Positions 7,773 through 15,742 of a stretch of DNA of 64,000 bases are shown here, one piece after another (positions within the stretch are counted from its first letter, which is position 1; each line of letters opens with the position of its first letter). Made by a program: the position numbers and the translations under genes. Location: assembly GCA_021297815.1 (NCBI GenBank), contig JAJTGK010000004.1:542-64541 (forward strand), read 5' to 3'. Below the pieces are notes generated by a model, which saw nothing but the letters and a program-made list of their open reading frames with translations, ran no database searches and was not told where the DNA came from. Origin of the DNA: Planctomycetaceae bacterium (GTDB taxonomy: Bacteria; Planctomycetota; Phycisphaerae; Phycisphaerales; SM1A02).

Positions 7773-9209
7773 GTGAACGCACCTGCCTTCCCCGAATCGC
7801 TCCATCAGCTCGTCCTGCGCGGGATCCGCGACATGGGCTTCAAGGCGCCCACGCCGATCCAGGCCGAGTTCGTGCCCGTGGCGACGGCGCCCGCCGAAGG
7901 CAAGGACCCGCTCGCGAGCCGCGACCTGGTCGGCCTCGCACCGACGGGCACGGGCAAGACGCTTGCCTATGGCATTCCGCTGGCCGACCTCCTTCTGCGC
8001 CACAAGCCCGTCGAGACGGGTGGGCGGCGGCGCGACCCGCGCACGAGGTTGCGTGCGCTCGTCCTCGTGCCGACGCGCGAGCTCGCGCAGCAGGTCGCCG
8101 AGGAATTGCGGTTGCTTACGCGCGGATCGCTGCTGCGCGTGTTGGCCGCGTACGGAAAGGTGTCGATCGCGCCGCAGGCCGAGGCGCTGAAGAAGGGCGT
8201 CGACATCGTGGTCGCGACGCCTGGCCGTGCGCGCGAACTGATCGAGTGCGATGCGATGACGCTGGCGCACCTGCGCCATGTCGTGTGCGACGAGGCCGAC
8301 CGCATGCTCGACATGGGCTTCCTGCCGCAGGTCGAGTGGGTGCTGTCGCGTGCGCCCGAGGGCCGCTCGAAGTGGCTTCTGTCGGCCACGCTGCCGAAGC
8401 CCGTCGAGGAGCTCGTGCATCGCCTGCTCGCGAAGCCGCAGCGTGTCGAGATCGGCGCGCGCAACACCGCGGCCGCGCACCTCGTCCATCGCCGCATGCT
8501 GGTCTCGGAAGAGCTCAAGACACCCGCGATGCTCTCGCTGCTCGCCGCCGAGGACCTTCGCCGCGGCATCGTCGTGTACTGCGCGAGCCGCCGACGCACG
8601 GGCTGGGTCGCGGGCGCGCTGCGCAGGCACGAGATCTCGACCGCGATCGTGCACGGCGACCGCTCGCAGCTCCAGCGCGAGAAGGCGCTCGAGAGCTTCG
8701 CGCACGGCCGCTGCCGCGTCTTGGTCGCGACCGATGTCGCGGCGCGCGGCCTGCATGTTCCCGGGATCAAGCTCGTGGTGAACTACGATGTGCCCATATC
8801 GCCCGAGGAATGGGTCCACCGCGTCGGCCGCGCAGGCCATGGCGGCGGCGAGGGCTCGAGCATCACCTTCGTCTCGCCCGAGGAACGCGCGCGCTGGGAG
8901 TCGGTCGTGCAGCTTGCGCGCCCCGACTGGGAGGCGGTGCAGGTGCCCGACGATGTGGCCGAGTTCATGCGCGACCGAGACAAGGCGCTGCACCGCCGTG
9001 CAGAGGACGCGGAACGCGCGGCCATCGAGGCCTTCAACGCGCAGGAGCGCGCGGCGAAGGAGAAGGAGAAGCGGCTGAAGGAAGCCGCGCGCAAGCGCAA
9101 GATGCGCGCGCCGCGCCACGACTCGAAGCAGATGCGCGGTACGCGCTCGAACACGCCGATCGCGAAGGGTGAGAAGCCTGGGTCGGGCGTGAAGCGGCGC
9201 GCGACCTGA
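7773..9209 (+). CDS. DEAD-box ATP-dependent RNA helicase
   Basis: Q-motif region ..GFKAPTPIQ.., then APTGTGKT, CDEADRMLDMGF, SAT, and HRVGRAGHGG, followed by a Lys/Arg-rich tail. GTG 7773 is preferred over TTG 7755. Confidence 0.9.
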   Translation: MNAPAFPESLHQLVLRGIRDMGFKAPTPIQAEFVPVATAPAEGKDPLASRDLVGLAPTGTGKTLAYGIPLADLLLRHKPVETGGRRRDPRTRLRALVLVPTRELAQQVAEELRLLTRGSLLRVLAAYGKVSIAPQAEALKKGVDIVVATPGRARELIECDAMTLAHLRHVVCDEADRMLDMGFLPQVEWVLSRAPEGRSKWLLSATLPKPVEELVHRLLAKPQRVEIGARNTAAAHLVHRRMLVSEELKTPAMLSLLAAEDLRRGIVVYCASRRRTGWVAGALRRHEISTAIVHGDRSQLQREKALESFAHGRCRVLVATDVAARGLHVPGIKLVVNYDVPISPEEWVHRVGRAGHGGGEGSSITFVSPEERARWESVVQLARPDWEAVQVPDDVAEFMRDRDKALHRRAEDAERAAIEAFNAQERAAKEKEKRLKEAARKRKMRAPRHDSKQMRGTRSNTPIAKGEKPGSGVKRRAT

Positions 9210-9247
9210 CGCGCGCGGCGTGGCGAGGCACCACCCGCTTCAACGAT

Positions 9248-9274
9248 GCGCGCCGCGAGATTCTCGCGGCGCGC
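9248..9274. terminator. perfect palindromic hairpin between convergent genes
   Basis: GCGCGCCGCGAGA t TCTCGCGGCGCGC, with arms 9248..9260 and 9262..9274. There is no U-run. It is followed by (TGC/TGT)7 at 9279..9301. Confidence 0.4.
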
Positions 9275-9307
9275 GTGCGTTGCTGCTGTTGTTGCTGCTG
9301 CAGGCCA

Positions 9308-9931
9308 TCACCCGCCGCGGATCGCCATGCGCCACGCAAGCGACCGCGCCTCGCGGCCGTGGCGGATGAGCATGCGGCGGCGCACCGCGCGCAGGCCCGA
9401 GACCGTCATCGTGTTCTGCTGGATGCCCGCGAACAGCGCGAGGTCGAGCACCGCCGAGCGCACCCAGTCGATGTCCTTGCCGTAGCCGCTCACCGCGAGC
9501 GCCCCCGTCGCGTCGATGAAGCGCTGCAGGCGGCGCTGGCTCACGCCGATCGTCTGGCAGCACCCGAAGTGGATCACGCGGCCCTGGCACTTGCCCGCGA
9601 GCGATTCCTCGAGCTCGTCGAGCGACACGCGCGTGGGCTTGCCGCGCAGGTCGCCGAACTGCACCTCGCCCTCGATGCCGTGGAAGGCCATGTAGAGGAT
9701 CGGATGGTCGGCGTGGCGCTTCTGCGTCCACTTCGAGAGGTAGTAGCCGAGCGCATCCATCGTCACCACATTGCGGTGGATGAACGGGATCTTCAGCGGA
9801 CAGCGCCGCAGCAGCTCGAGCATGGGCTCGACGCTCGGCGTGGCGCGGACCTCCGACCAATCGGTCTCGAGGCAGAAGATGCCGCGGACCTTGGTACGGG
9901 CGTGGAGGATCGTGTAGTCACGGAGGAGCAT
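9308..9931 (-). CDS. stand-alone CHAT-like (caspase-fold) protein, 207 aa
   Basis: ATG 9931. ..ILYMAFHG.. (His84) and ..VIHFGCCQT.. (Cys124) are 40 residues apart, followed by ..FIDATGALAVSGYGKDIDW... This is the same pattern and spacing as the CHAT domain at 28201..30870. Confidence 0.7.
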   Translation of the reverse strand: MLLRDYTILHARTKVRGIFCLETDWSEVRATPSVEPMLELLRRCPLKIPFIHRNVVTMDALGYYLSKWTQKRHADHPILYMAFHGIEGEVQFGDLRGKPTRVSLDELEESLAGKCQGRVIHFGCCQTIGVSQRRLQRFIDATGALAVSGYGKDIDWVRSAVLDLALFAGIQQNTMTVSGLRAVRRRMLIRHGREARSLAWRMAIRGG

Positions 9932-10111
9932 GGCTCTTTTCCTTGCGTCAGGTTGTCGGAGGAACCCATTGTTGCCTTGCCGCGGGGCCCTGGGAGGACA
10001 ATGGACCGAAAGTCGTCCGCCTTTGCGAAATCACCGCCGAAACCCGCGGAGGGACGCCCGAAAATACCCGCGCGGGCGCGCGGTTCGGCGTCGGGCGCGG
10101 CCCGCCCCCGC

Positions 10112-10696
10112 CTACACCCTGCCGTTCCACAAACGAATCACACGCGCCTCGCGCTCGTACCCGAGGATCGAAACCGACCCCGTATCGAGGGCGAGCCGCT
10201 CGGCATCCTCGGGCGCGTGGCCGACCCAGAGCGCGCCAAGCACCCGCAGGACATGCCCATGGGCGAACACCGCGACATCGCCCTCGGCGTCGACGATGCG
10301 CCCGATGGCCCGTGCGACCCGCGCGCCGACCTCCTCGGCCGACTCGCCGCCGGGGGCGCCGTCGTGGAAGAGGTTCCAGGCGGGGCGCTGCTCGCGGATC
10401 TCGGCGGTGGTCAGGCCCTCGTAGTCGCCGTAGTTCCATTCGACGAGGTCGGCGTCGAGCTCGGCCCGCCCGCGCAGCCCCGCGAGTTCGCAGGTGCGCA
10501 CCGCCCGCCGCAAGGGACTTGAAAGCACGAGCGAAAACGGGTGTGCGGCAAGAGTTGCCGCAATCGACTCGATCCGCCGCTCGCCCTCGGCGGTCAGAGG
10601 GAGGTCGGTCCGCGAGGTGTGGCGGCCGCTCTGGCTCCATTCCGTCTCGCCGTGACGGACGAGGTAGATGCGCTGGGAGGTCGCGCGCGGGGACAT
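10112..10696 (-). CDS. histidine phosphatase (phosphoglycerate mutase-like) family protein
   Basis: IYLVRHGETEWS (RHGE motif) and a C-terminal ..VFAHGHVLR.. histidine. Confidence 0.85.
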   Translation of the reverse strand: MSPRATSQRIYLVRHGETEWSQSGRHTSRTDLPLTAEGERRIESIAATLAAHPFSLVLSSPLRRAVRTCELAGLRGRAELDADLVEWNYGDYEGLTTAEIREQRPAWNLFHDGAPGGESAEEVGARVARAIGRIVDAEGDVAVFAHGHVLRVLGALWVGHAPEDAERLALDTGSVSILGYEREARVIRLWNGRV

Positions 10697-10744
10697 GCGT
10701 CAAGGATACCGCAAGGCGCCGCGTTGACCGTATGATCGGACCTC

Positions 10745-11620
10745 ATGCAGGACGACTCGGTGGTCACGGCGGCGGGTGCGCGCGAGCGGTCGATGGAGAC
10801 CATCGCGGGTGCATCATCGCGTTCGCGAACGATGGATGTCGCCGCAGCGACCGTGGTGTTCAGGCTCGTGCGCGAGGAACTGTGCGTCGGCCTGCCCGTC
10901 GCGGCAGGTCGCCGCTCGGTGCCCGCGTGCACGCCCGATGCGGCTGGCGGCGATGCCGCGCTGCATGCCGCGGCGCAGGCTTCGGCGGCGCGCGCGGTGG
11001 CGGCGCGAGAGATCGTGCGCATCGCGCATGCAGGCGTGCGCGCGTGTGCGGCGCAGCCAGGCACGGGGTCGGAGAGCTCGCTCATCGTCGTGTCGTGGGC
11101 GACCGCGCGACCCGTGGTCGCGGGTGGTTCGTCAAGTGATGGCATCGTGGCCGACGAAGTGTTCATTCCGCTGTCGGCGCTGCCCGAACTCGACGCGGAC
11201 ACGCGTAGCGTGCTTTCGTGCGCGTTCGAGGCGTTTCTCGATGCGACGCTGGCCGACGCGGTCACGCGTCGCTTGCTGCCGCGTCATGTCCTCTTCCGCA
11301 AGACCGACGGCTTCGACGCGCGCAGCCCGTTCGAGCAGGCGCTCGGCCGAAATGCCGCGGCTTCGACGCCGCAGGACATCGAGCCGCCGATCTTCGTCGG
11401 TCTGCTGCCCGATCCGTTCCCGCTGTCGGCGCTGCGCGAGCTCTACGAGCGCCTGCTCGGCGCGCCGCTCGACCGCGGCAACTTCCGACGCCAGTTCCAC
11501 GAGATCATCTCGCTTGGCCCCGTGAAGGCACTCCCGATCTTCGAGCGCGGCGTGCCGCATCGCGCGGGTCAGCTGTTCACCTTCGACAGGCTGGCGTGGA
11601 CGCGGTTCGCGACGAAGTGA
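10745..11620 (+). CDS. NrtR-like regulator (degenerate Nudix domain plus C-terminal winged helix)
   Basis: The C-terminal ..PFPLSALRELYERLLGAPLDRGNFRRQFHEIISLGPVKAL...GQLFTF.. matches the NrtR wHTH signature (..L.Y..ILG..LDKRNFRRK..). The Nudix box REUxEE is not recognisable. Alternative starts at 10793 and 10829. Confidence 0.6.
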   Translation: MQDDSVVTAAGARERSMETIAGASSRSRTMDVAAATVVFRLVREELCVGLPVAAGRRSVPACTPDAAGGDAALHAAAQASAARAVAAREIVRIAHAGVRACAAQPGTGSESSLIVVSWATARPVVAGGSSSDGIVADEVFIPLSALPELDADTRSVLSCAFEAFLDATLADAVTRRLLPRHVLFRKTDGFDARSPFEQALGRNAAASTPQDIEPPIFVGLLPDPFPLSALRELYERLLGAPLDRGNFRRQFHEIISLGPVKALPIFERGVPHRAGQLFTFDRLAWTRFATK

Positions 11621-12404
11621 GCGGCGGGGCGAGCGACGAATCGAGCGACGAAGTCCGCTCGGAAGCAGACAGCAGGGTTCGCGACGCCGTGCGCAGTGTG
11701 CGCCGCGATGTCGCGTGTGACCTCGTGCTGCACACTCGTGATGCGCACTCGCAAAACCAGCCGGCGGCTACAAACCGTCGGCTGGTCGGGCTGATGGTGG
11801 CTCGTGAAACGCGTCTTCTGATGGTCGGACGCGTGAAGGACTGTCAAGGCGCGGTCGGAGCCTGCGACGCATGCTTGCCGCAGGGTGATCCGACCGCGCA
11901 CGGGTGGTCGGGGAAGAGGGGTCCGACGGACGCGCCGAGGAGACAGGCGCGGGAACTCCTCCCGTAACGGCGTCGATCGGTGGGACGCCGTCACGGTCGT
12001 CGCGAGGTGCCAGCCCGAAGGCGGCTGTTCCTGAATCCATCGGACCCCCCGGTGGTGGTCCGCGATCGCGCGTGGTTCGGGGGCAGGCCCTCGCGTGCCA
12101 TGCTCCCTGCTCTTTCCTCGCGCGGAGGCCGTCGGGCTGGTTCCCGACGGCGGATTGCCTTGCCTGCCGGACCTCTGCTCTCTCAGCCTCGAACTTTCGA
12201 TCGGTCGCCCGTTCGGCGGTCGGTGCCCGGTTGAGCCGCAGGTCCGTGCGCGGCGCCAAGGGCGCCCACGCGTGCAGGCGTCTATCGATACGCATCTGTT
12301 CGCGAGGTGTTCTGCCCGCGAGTCGCGAATCTCCATGAAAATGCGCGAGTCTGCTCTTCGGGGCGGTCGCCCAACCTTCGTGACGCGCGTCACAATCCCC
12401 TCCG
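11621..12404. other. 784-bp ORF-free, helix-dense region (candidate ncRNA, long leader or REP-rich decayed DNA)
   Basis: No frame has coding-like composition. There are multiple stable helices, including long-range pairing of 11918..11930 with 12036..12048. See findings. Confidence 0.4.
12380..12393. promoter_or_regulatory. 14-bp perfect palindrome GTGACGCGCGTCAC, candidate operator
   Basis: Perfect dyad ending 11 nt upstream of the crotonase ATG at 12405. Confidence 0.35.
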
Positions 12405-13199
12405 ATGGAGGACCCGCGGCTCCCGACCCTGGCGTTCGAAGGCCGCAGCGCGCGAGTCGTGCTGCGCGATGCGGCGCGACGCAACGCGCTCGATGCCGCG
12501 GCGCTTCGGCGACTGCATGAACTGCTCGCGCAGGTGCGCCATGCGGACCCCGATGCGGTCGTCCTGTCGGGCGAAGGCTCGGTGTTCTGCGCGGGGTTCG
12601 ACCTTTCGCTGTGCGCCGACGAACCTGCGCGCACGCGCGAGCTGCTCGATGGGCTCGCCGCGTGCGTGGGCGCGTTGCGCGGGCTCGACATGCCCGTTGT
12701 TGCGCGCGTGCAAGGCGCCGCGCTCGCGGGCGGCTGCGCGCTGCTCACCTCGTGCGATTTCGTGGTCGTCGCGGCCGACGCGCTCGTCGGCTACCCCGTG
12801 CACCGCATCGGGATCTCGCCTGCGGTCAGCGCGACGACGCTCTTCTCGCGCATGGGGCCGCGGGCGCGCGAGCTCATGATGCTGTCGGAACCCGTCGACG
12901 GGCGGCGGGCGCTTGCCATGGGGCTCGCGACGCATTGCGTCGAGGGCGCGGAGGCGCTCGATGCCGAAGTCGCGGCGCTCGTGACGCGGCTTCTCGCAAA
13001 GGGGCCGCAGGCGATGCGCGCCACGAAGCGCTGGATGCGCGCGATCGAGGAGCGCGACGCAGGCGAGCTCGGCCCTGCGGCCGCGCGCGACGCGGACGCG
13101 ATGCGGCGCACGCTGGCGGCGAGCAACGCGCTCGTCGACGGCGAGGAGTTCGCCACCATGCTGCGCGCGTTCTGGTCGACGCGCGCGAAGGGGCGTTGA
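12405..13199 (+). CDS. enoyl-CoA hydratase/isomerase (crotonase) family protein
   Basis: ..RNALDAAALRRL...VVLSGEGSVFCAGFDL...GAALAGGCALL.. crotonase signatures. Confidence 0.88.
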   Translation: MEDPRLPTLAFEGRSARVVLRDAARRNALDAAALRRLHELLAQVRHADPDAVVLSGEGSVFCAGFDLSLCADEPARTRELLDGLAACVGALRGLDMPVVARVQGAALAGGCALLTSCDFVVVAADALVGYPVHRIGISPAVSATTLFSRMGPRARELMMLSEPVDGRRALAMGLATHCVEGAEALDAEVAALVTRLLAKGPQAMRATKRWMRAIEERDAGELGPAAARDADAMRRTLAASNALVDGEEFATMLRAFWSTRAKGR

Positions 13200-13912
13200 T
13201 GCGGCGCGTGCTGTCGTTCTTCCGCGAGATCGACCGCACCTCACGCGCGGTGCGCCGAGACGGGTTCGACCGCGCGCGCTCGGTGGCGTTCGTGCTGGCC
13301 TTCATCGCGAGCCCGTTCGTGGTGTGGGAGATGCAGGAGCGCGTGGTCGTGCGCGAGCGGCAGGACCTGATGTTTATCCGCGTGTTCCGCATGAGCGAGA
13401 GCGGCGAAGTGAAGGCGCAGCGGGTCGATGCCGACGACCTCAACGGGCCGTGGGCGGTGTTCATGCCGATGGCGGAGGTCACGCTCGTCGAGCGCAGCGA
13501 GTGGCGTGGATGGCCGCTGACCACCGCGCACACCTTCGAGCCGACGGAGCTTGATGTGCGGCTCGTCGCGGGTTGCCCGCCGCAGGAGCTCGGTCAGGTC
13601 AAGCTCGCGGCGAGCCGGCTCGTCGAGCGCAGCGGGCTTTCGAGCGCGGCCGCGGTGTCGCAGACGCATGTCGCCGCATGGATCTTCTCGGCGGGCATCT
13701 GGTGGATGCTGCTCTCGCTCGCGGCGGCGATGGTCCTTGTTCCGATCAAGCTGGTGGTGACGCTCTCGCGCCGCACGCGCAACGCGGTGCGCCAGAGCCG
13801 CATCGACCGCTGCCACTGCCCGAACTGCGACTACGACGCGAAGCAGTCGATCCTGATGGGGCGCTGCCCCGAGTGCGGCAGCGAGCTCTACGAACGCCCC
13901 GACCGCTCGTGA
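13199..13912 (+). CDS. membrane protein with C-terminal zinc-ribbon
   Basis: ATG 13199 overlaps the crotonase stop (TGATG). Two TM segments and the C-terminal motif CHCPNCDYD..(9)..CPECG. Confidence 0.6.
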   Translation: MRRVLSFFREIDRTSRAVRRDGFDRARSVAFVLAFIASPFVVWEMQERVVVRERQDLMFIRVFRMSESGEVKAQRVDADDLNGPWAVFMPMAEVTLVERSEWRGWPLTTAHTFEPTELDVRLVAGCPPQELGQVKLAASRLVERSGLSSAAAVSQTHVAAWIFSAGIWWMLLSLAAAMVLVPIKLVVTLSRRTRNAVRQSRIDRCHCPNCDYDAKQSILMGRCPECGSELYERPDRS

Positions 13913-13918
13913 CGCGTG

Positions 13919-14659
13919 TCAGCGGCTCCACGCGGCGCGCAGGCGCGACTGCGCCTCGTCGCCCGCGATGATGCGCGCGCTGATCTCGGCGGCTTCGTCG
14001 GCGACCGCATCGTCGAGCGAACCATCGAGCTCGTTGAGCCAGCGCTTGGTGGCGGCGATGGCGTTCGGACCGCCCTTCGCCAGGCGCTCGGCGAAGGCCT
14101 GCGCGGCGCCCGCGAGCTCGGACTCGGCGACGAGATGCGTGGCGAGCCCGCGGCGGAAGCCTTCGTCGCCCGACATGGTGCCGCCCGCGAGCAGCATCGC
14201 GCGCGCGGCGCCCGCGCCGATCTTCTTCATGAGCCACGGCGCCACGACCGCGGGGCAGATGCCGAGGTCGACCTCGGGGTAGCCGAGCTTCGCCTCGGCG
14301 TGCGTGAAGGCGAAGTCGCACACGACCATCAGGCCGCAGCCGCCGCCGATCGCGGCACCCTGCACGCGCGCGACGGTGGGAATGGAAAGACGGCGTATGG
14401 CGCGCGAGGTGCGCGAGAGCGCGCGCAGCATGTCGCCCATCGCCACGGGGTCGTCGGCGACCGCCTTCAGGTCCATGCCTGCGCAGAACGACTTGCCCTC
14501 GCCGCCGAGGACGAGGACGCGCACCGTGGCATCGTGCGACACCGCGTCGACCGCCGCGCCGAGCTCGGCGATGAGCTCGCGCGAGAGCGCGTTGCGCGCG
14601 TCGGGGCGCGCGAGTTCGATCGTGGCGATGCCGTTCGCGGTGGTCGTCTTCACGAGCAT
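13919..14659 (-). CDS. enoyl-CoA hydratase/isomerase family protein
   Basis: MLVKTTTANGIATIELARPDARNAL...GEGKSFCAGMDL...GAAIGGGCGL. ATG 14659 is preferred over 14692. Confidence 0.88.
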   Translation of the reverse strand: MLVKTTTANGIATIELARPDARNALSRELIAELGAAVDAVSHDATVRVLVLGGEGKSFCAGMDLKAVADDPVAMGDMLRALSRTSRAIRRLSIPTVARVQGAAIGGGCGLMVVCDFAFTHAEAKLGYPEVDLGICPAVVAPWLMKKIGAGAARAMLLAGGTMSGDEGFRRGLATHLVAESELAGAAQAFAERLAKGGPNAIAATKRWLNELDGSLDDAVADEAAEISARIIAGDEAQSRLRAAWSR

Positions 14660-14690
14660 GCGCGGAAAGGTAGCACGGTATCTTGGGGCC

Positions 14691-15578
14691 ATGCTCCCCT
14701 ACGAGATCCGCGACGGCGTCCATGTCCTCTTCCTGCAGCCGAACCCCGAGAAGCCGCGCGGTGGCGTGGTGGTGCTCGACGCATGGCTGATCGGCGAGAT
14801 CAAGGCCACGATGGCCGCGATCGCCGCGGAGAAGCCGAAGGGATTCGTGCTCGCGAGCGCGTCGGCGCGCGTGTTCGTGGCGGGTGCGGACCTTGCCGAG
14901 ATCGATGCGCTCGATGATGCGGGGCTGCATGCGTATCTGCGTGCGGGTGCGGAGGCGTTCGCAATGATTCCTGCGCTCGGCTGCCCGAGCGCGGCGGCGA
15001 TTCATGGTGCGGCGCTGGGCGGCGGGCTCGAGATCGCGATGCACTGCGATGCGCTGGTCGCGGCGTTGCCCGCCGAGGGCGGGAAGCCGTGGCAGGTCGG
15101 ATTGCCTGAGGCGGGCCTGTGCATCTGCCCTGGCTGGGGCGGCACGCAGATGCTGCCTGCGCGCATCCTGCCCGCGCTTGCGATCGAGCGGACGGCGACG
15201 GGCCAGACCTGGCCGTGCGGCGAGGCGCCGCAATGCCTGTTCGATGTGCGCGCCGAGGCGGGTAGCGGCGCCGATGGTGCGGTCGCTGCGGCGATTCGCT
15301 GGGTGAAGTCGCAGGATGTGTCGACAGGGTGCTTCGTCGCGATGCACGCACCGCGCCGCGCGATCTCGCCGACAAGCGCTCCAGCAATCGCGCCGATCTG
15401 CGATGAGCTCGCGAAGTCGGCGGGCGCGACGAAGCACGGCGCCGCGTGCATCGACGCCGTGCGCGTGGGCATCGCGCACGGCTGGAGCGCAGCCGTCGCA
15501 CGCGAGCGCGACCACCTCGTCGCGCTGCGCCACACGCCCGAGGCACGCGCGAAGCTCGATGCGTTCCTGAAGAAGTGA
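14691..15578 (+). CDS. enoyl-CoA hydratase/isomerase family protein (divergent third paralog)
   Basis: ATG 14691. ..ASASARVFVAGADLAEI...HGAALGGGLEIAMHCD...GLPEAGLCICPGWGGTQ.. crotonase fold signatures. Confidence 0.8.
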   Translation: MLPYEIRDGVHVLFLQPNPEKPRGGVVVLDAWLIGEIKATMAAIAAEKPKGFVLASASARVFVAGADLAEIDALDDAGLHAYLRAGAEAFAMIPALGCPSAAAIHGAALGGGLEIAMHCDALVAALPAEGGKPWQVGLPEAGLCICPGWGGTQMLPARILPALAIERTATGQTWPCGEAPQCLFDVRAEAGSGADGAVAAAIRWVKSQDVSTGCFVAMHAPRRAISPTSAPAIAPICDELAKSAGATKHGAACIDAVRVGIAHGWSAAVARERDHLVALRHTPEARAKLDAFLKK

Positions 15579-15712
15579 CGGGTGGAAACGCGCGGGAAGT
15601 TTGGGGATTTCTTGGATCGTGCCCACGGTCATTGCTAGACTCGGGCTGCTGCGCGCAACACATCGTGCGGCTTCATCAAGTCCCCCCCCCTGCAGCGAAC
15701 AGCGCAGGCAGC

Positions 15713-15742
15713 AGGCCGCCGAAAGGTGGCCTCGCTTCTTTT
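15713..15742 (+). terminator. intrinsic terminator after the third crotonase
   Basis: AGGCCGCC GAAA GGTGGCCT (8-bp stem including one G-U, GNRA loop), followed by CGCTTCTTTT. Confidence 0.65.

Noticed and set aside
12112-12119. GAGGAAAG on the minus strand, plus GGTGCCAG and GGGG..GGAUUC-like strings, suggested RNase P RNA, tmRNA or SRP RNA in the 11.6-12.4 kb gap
   Set aside because: The universal RNase P core GGAAAGUCCGG and the ACAGAA.CCGGCUUA element are absent. There is no T-arm (GGUUCGA.UCC) with a CCA end and no tag reading frame for tmRNA. The SRP GGAAGCAGCC motif is also absent. The region is kept only as an unclassified structured stretch.
15682-15690. C9 homopolymer as a possible phase-variation switch
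   Set aside because: It lies in intergenic DNA downstream of the crotonase stop, between convergent genes, with no ORF or promoter to toggle.
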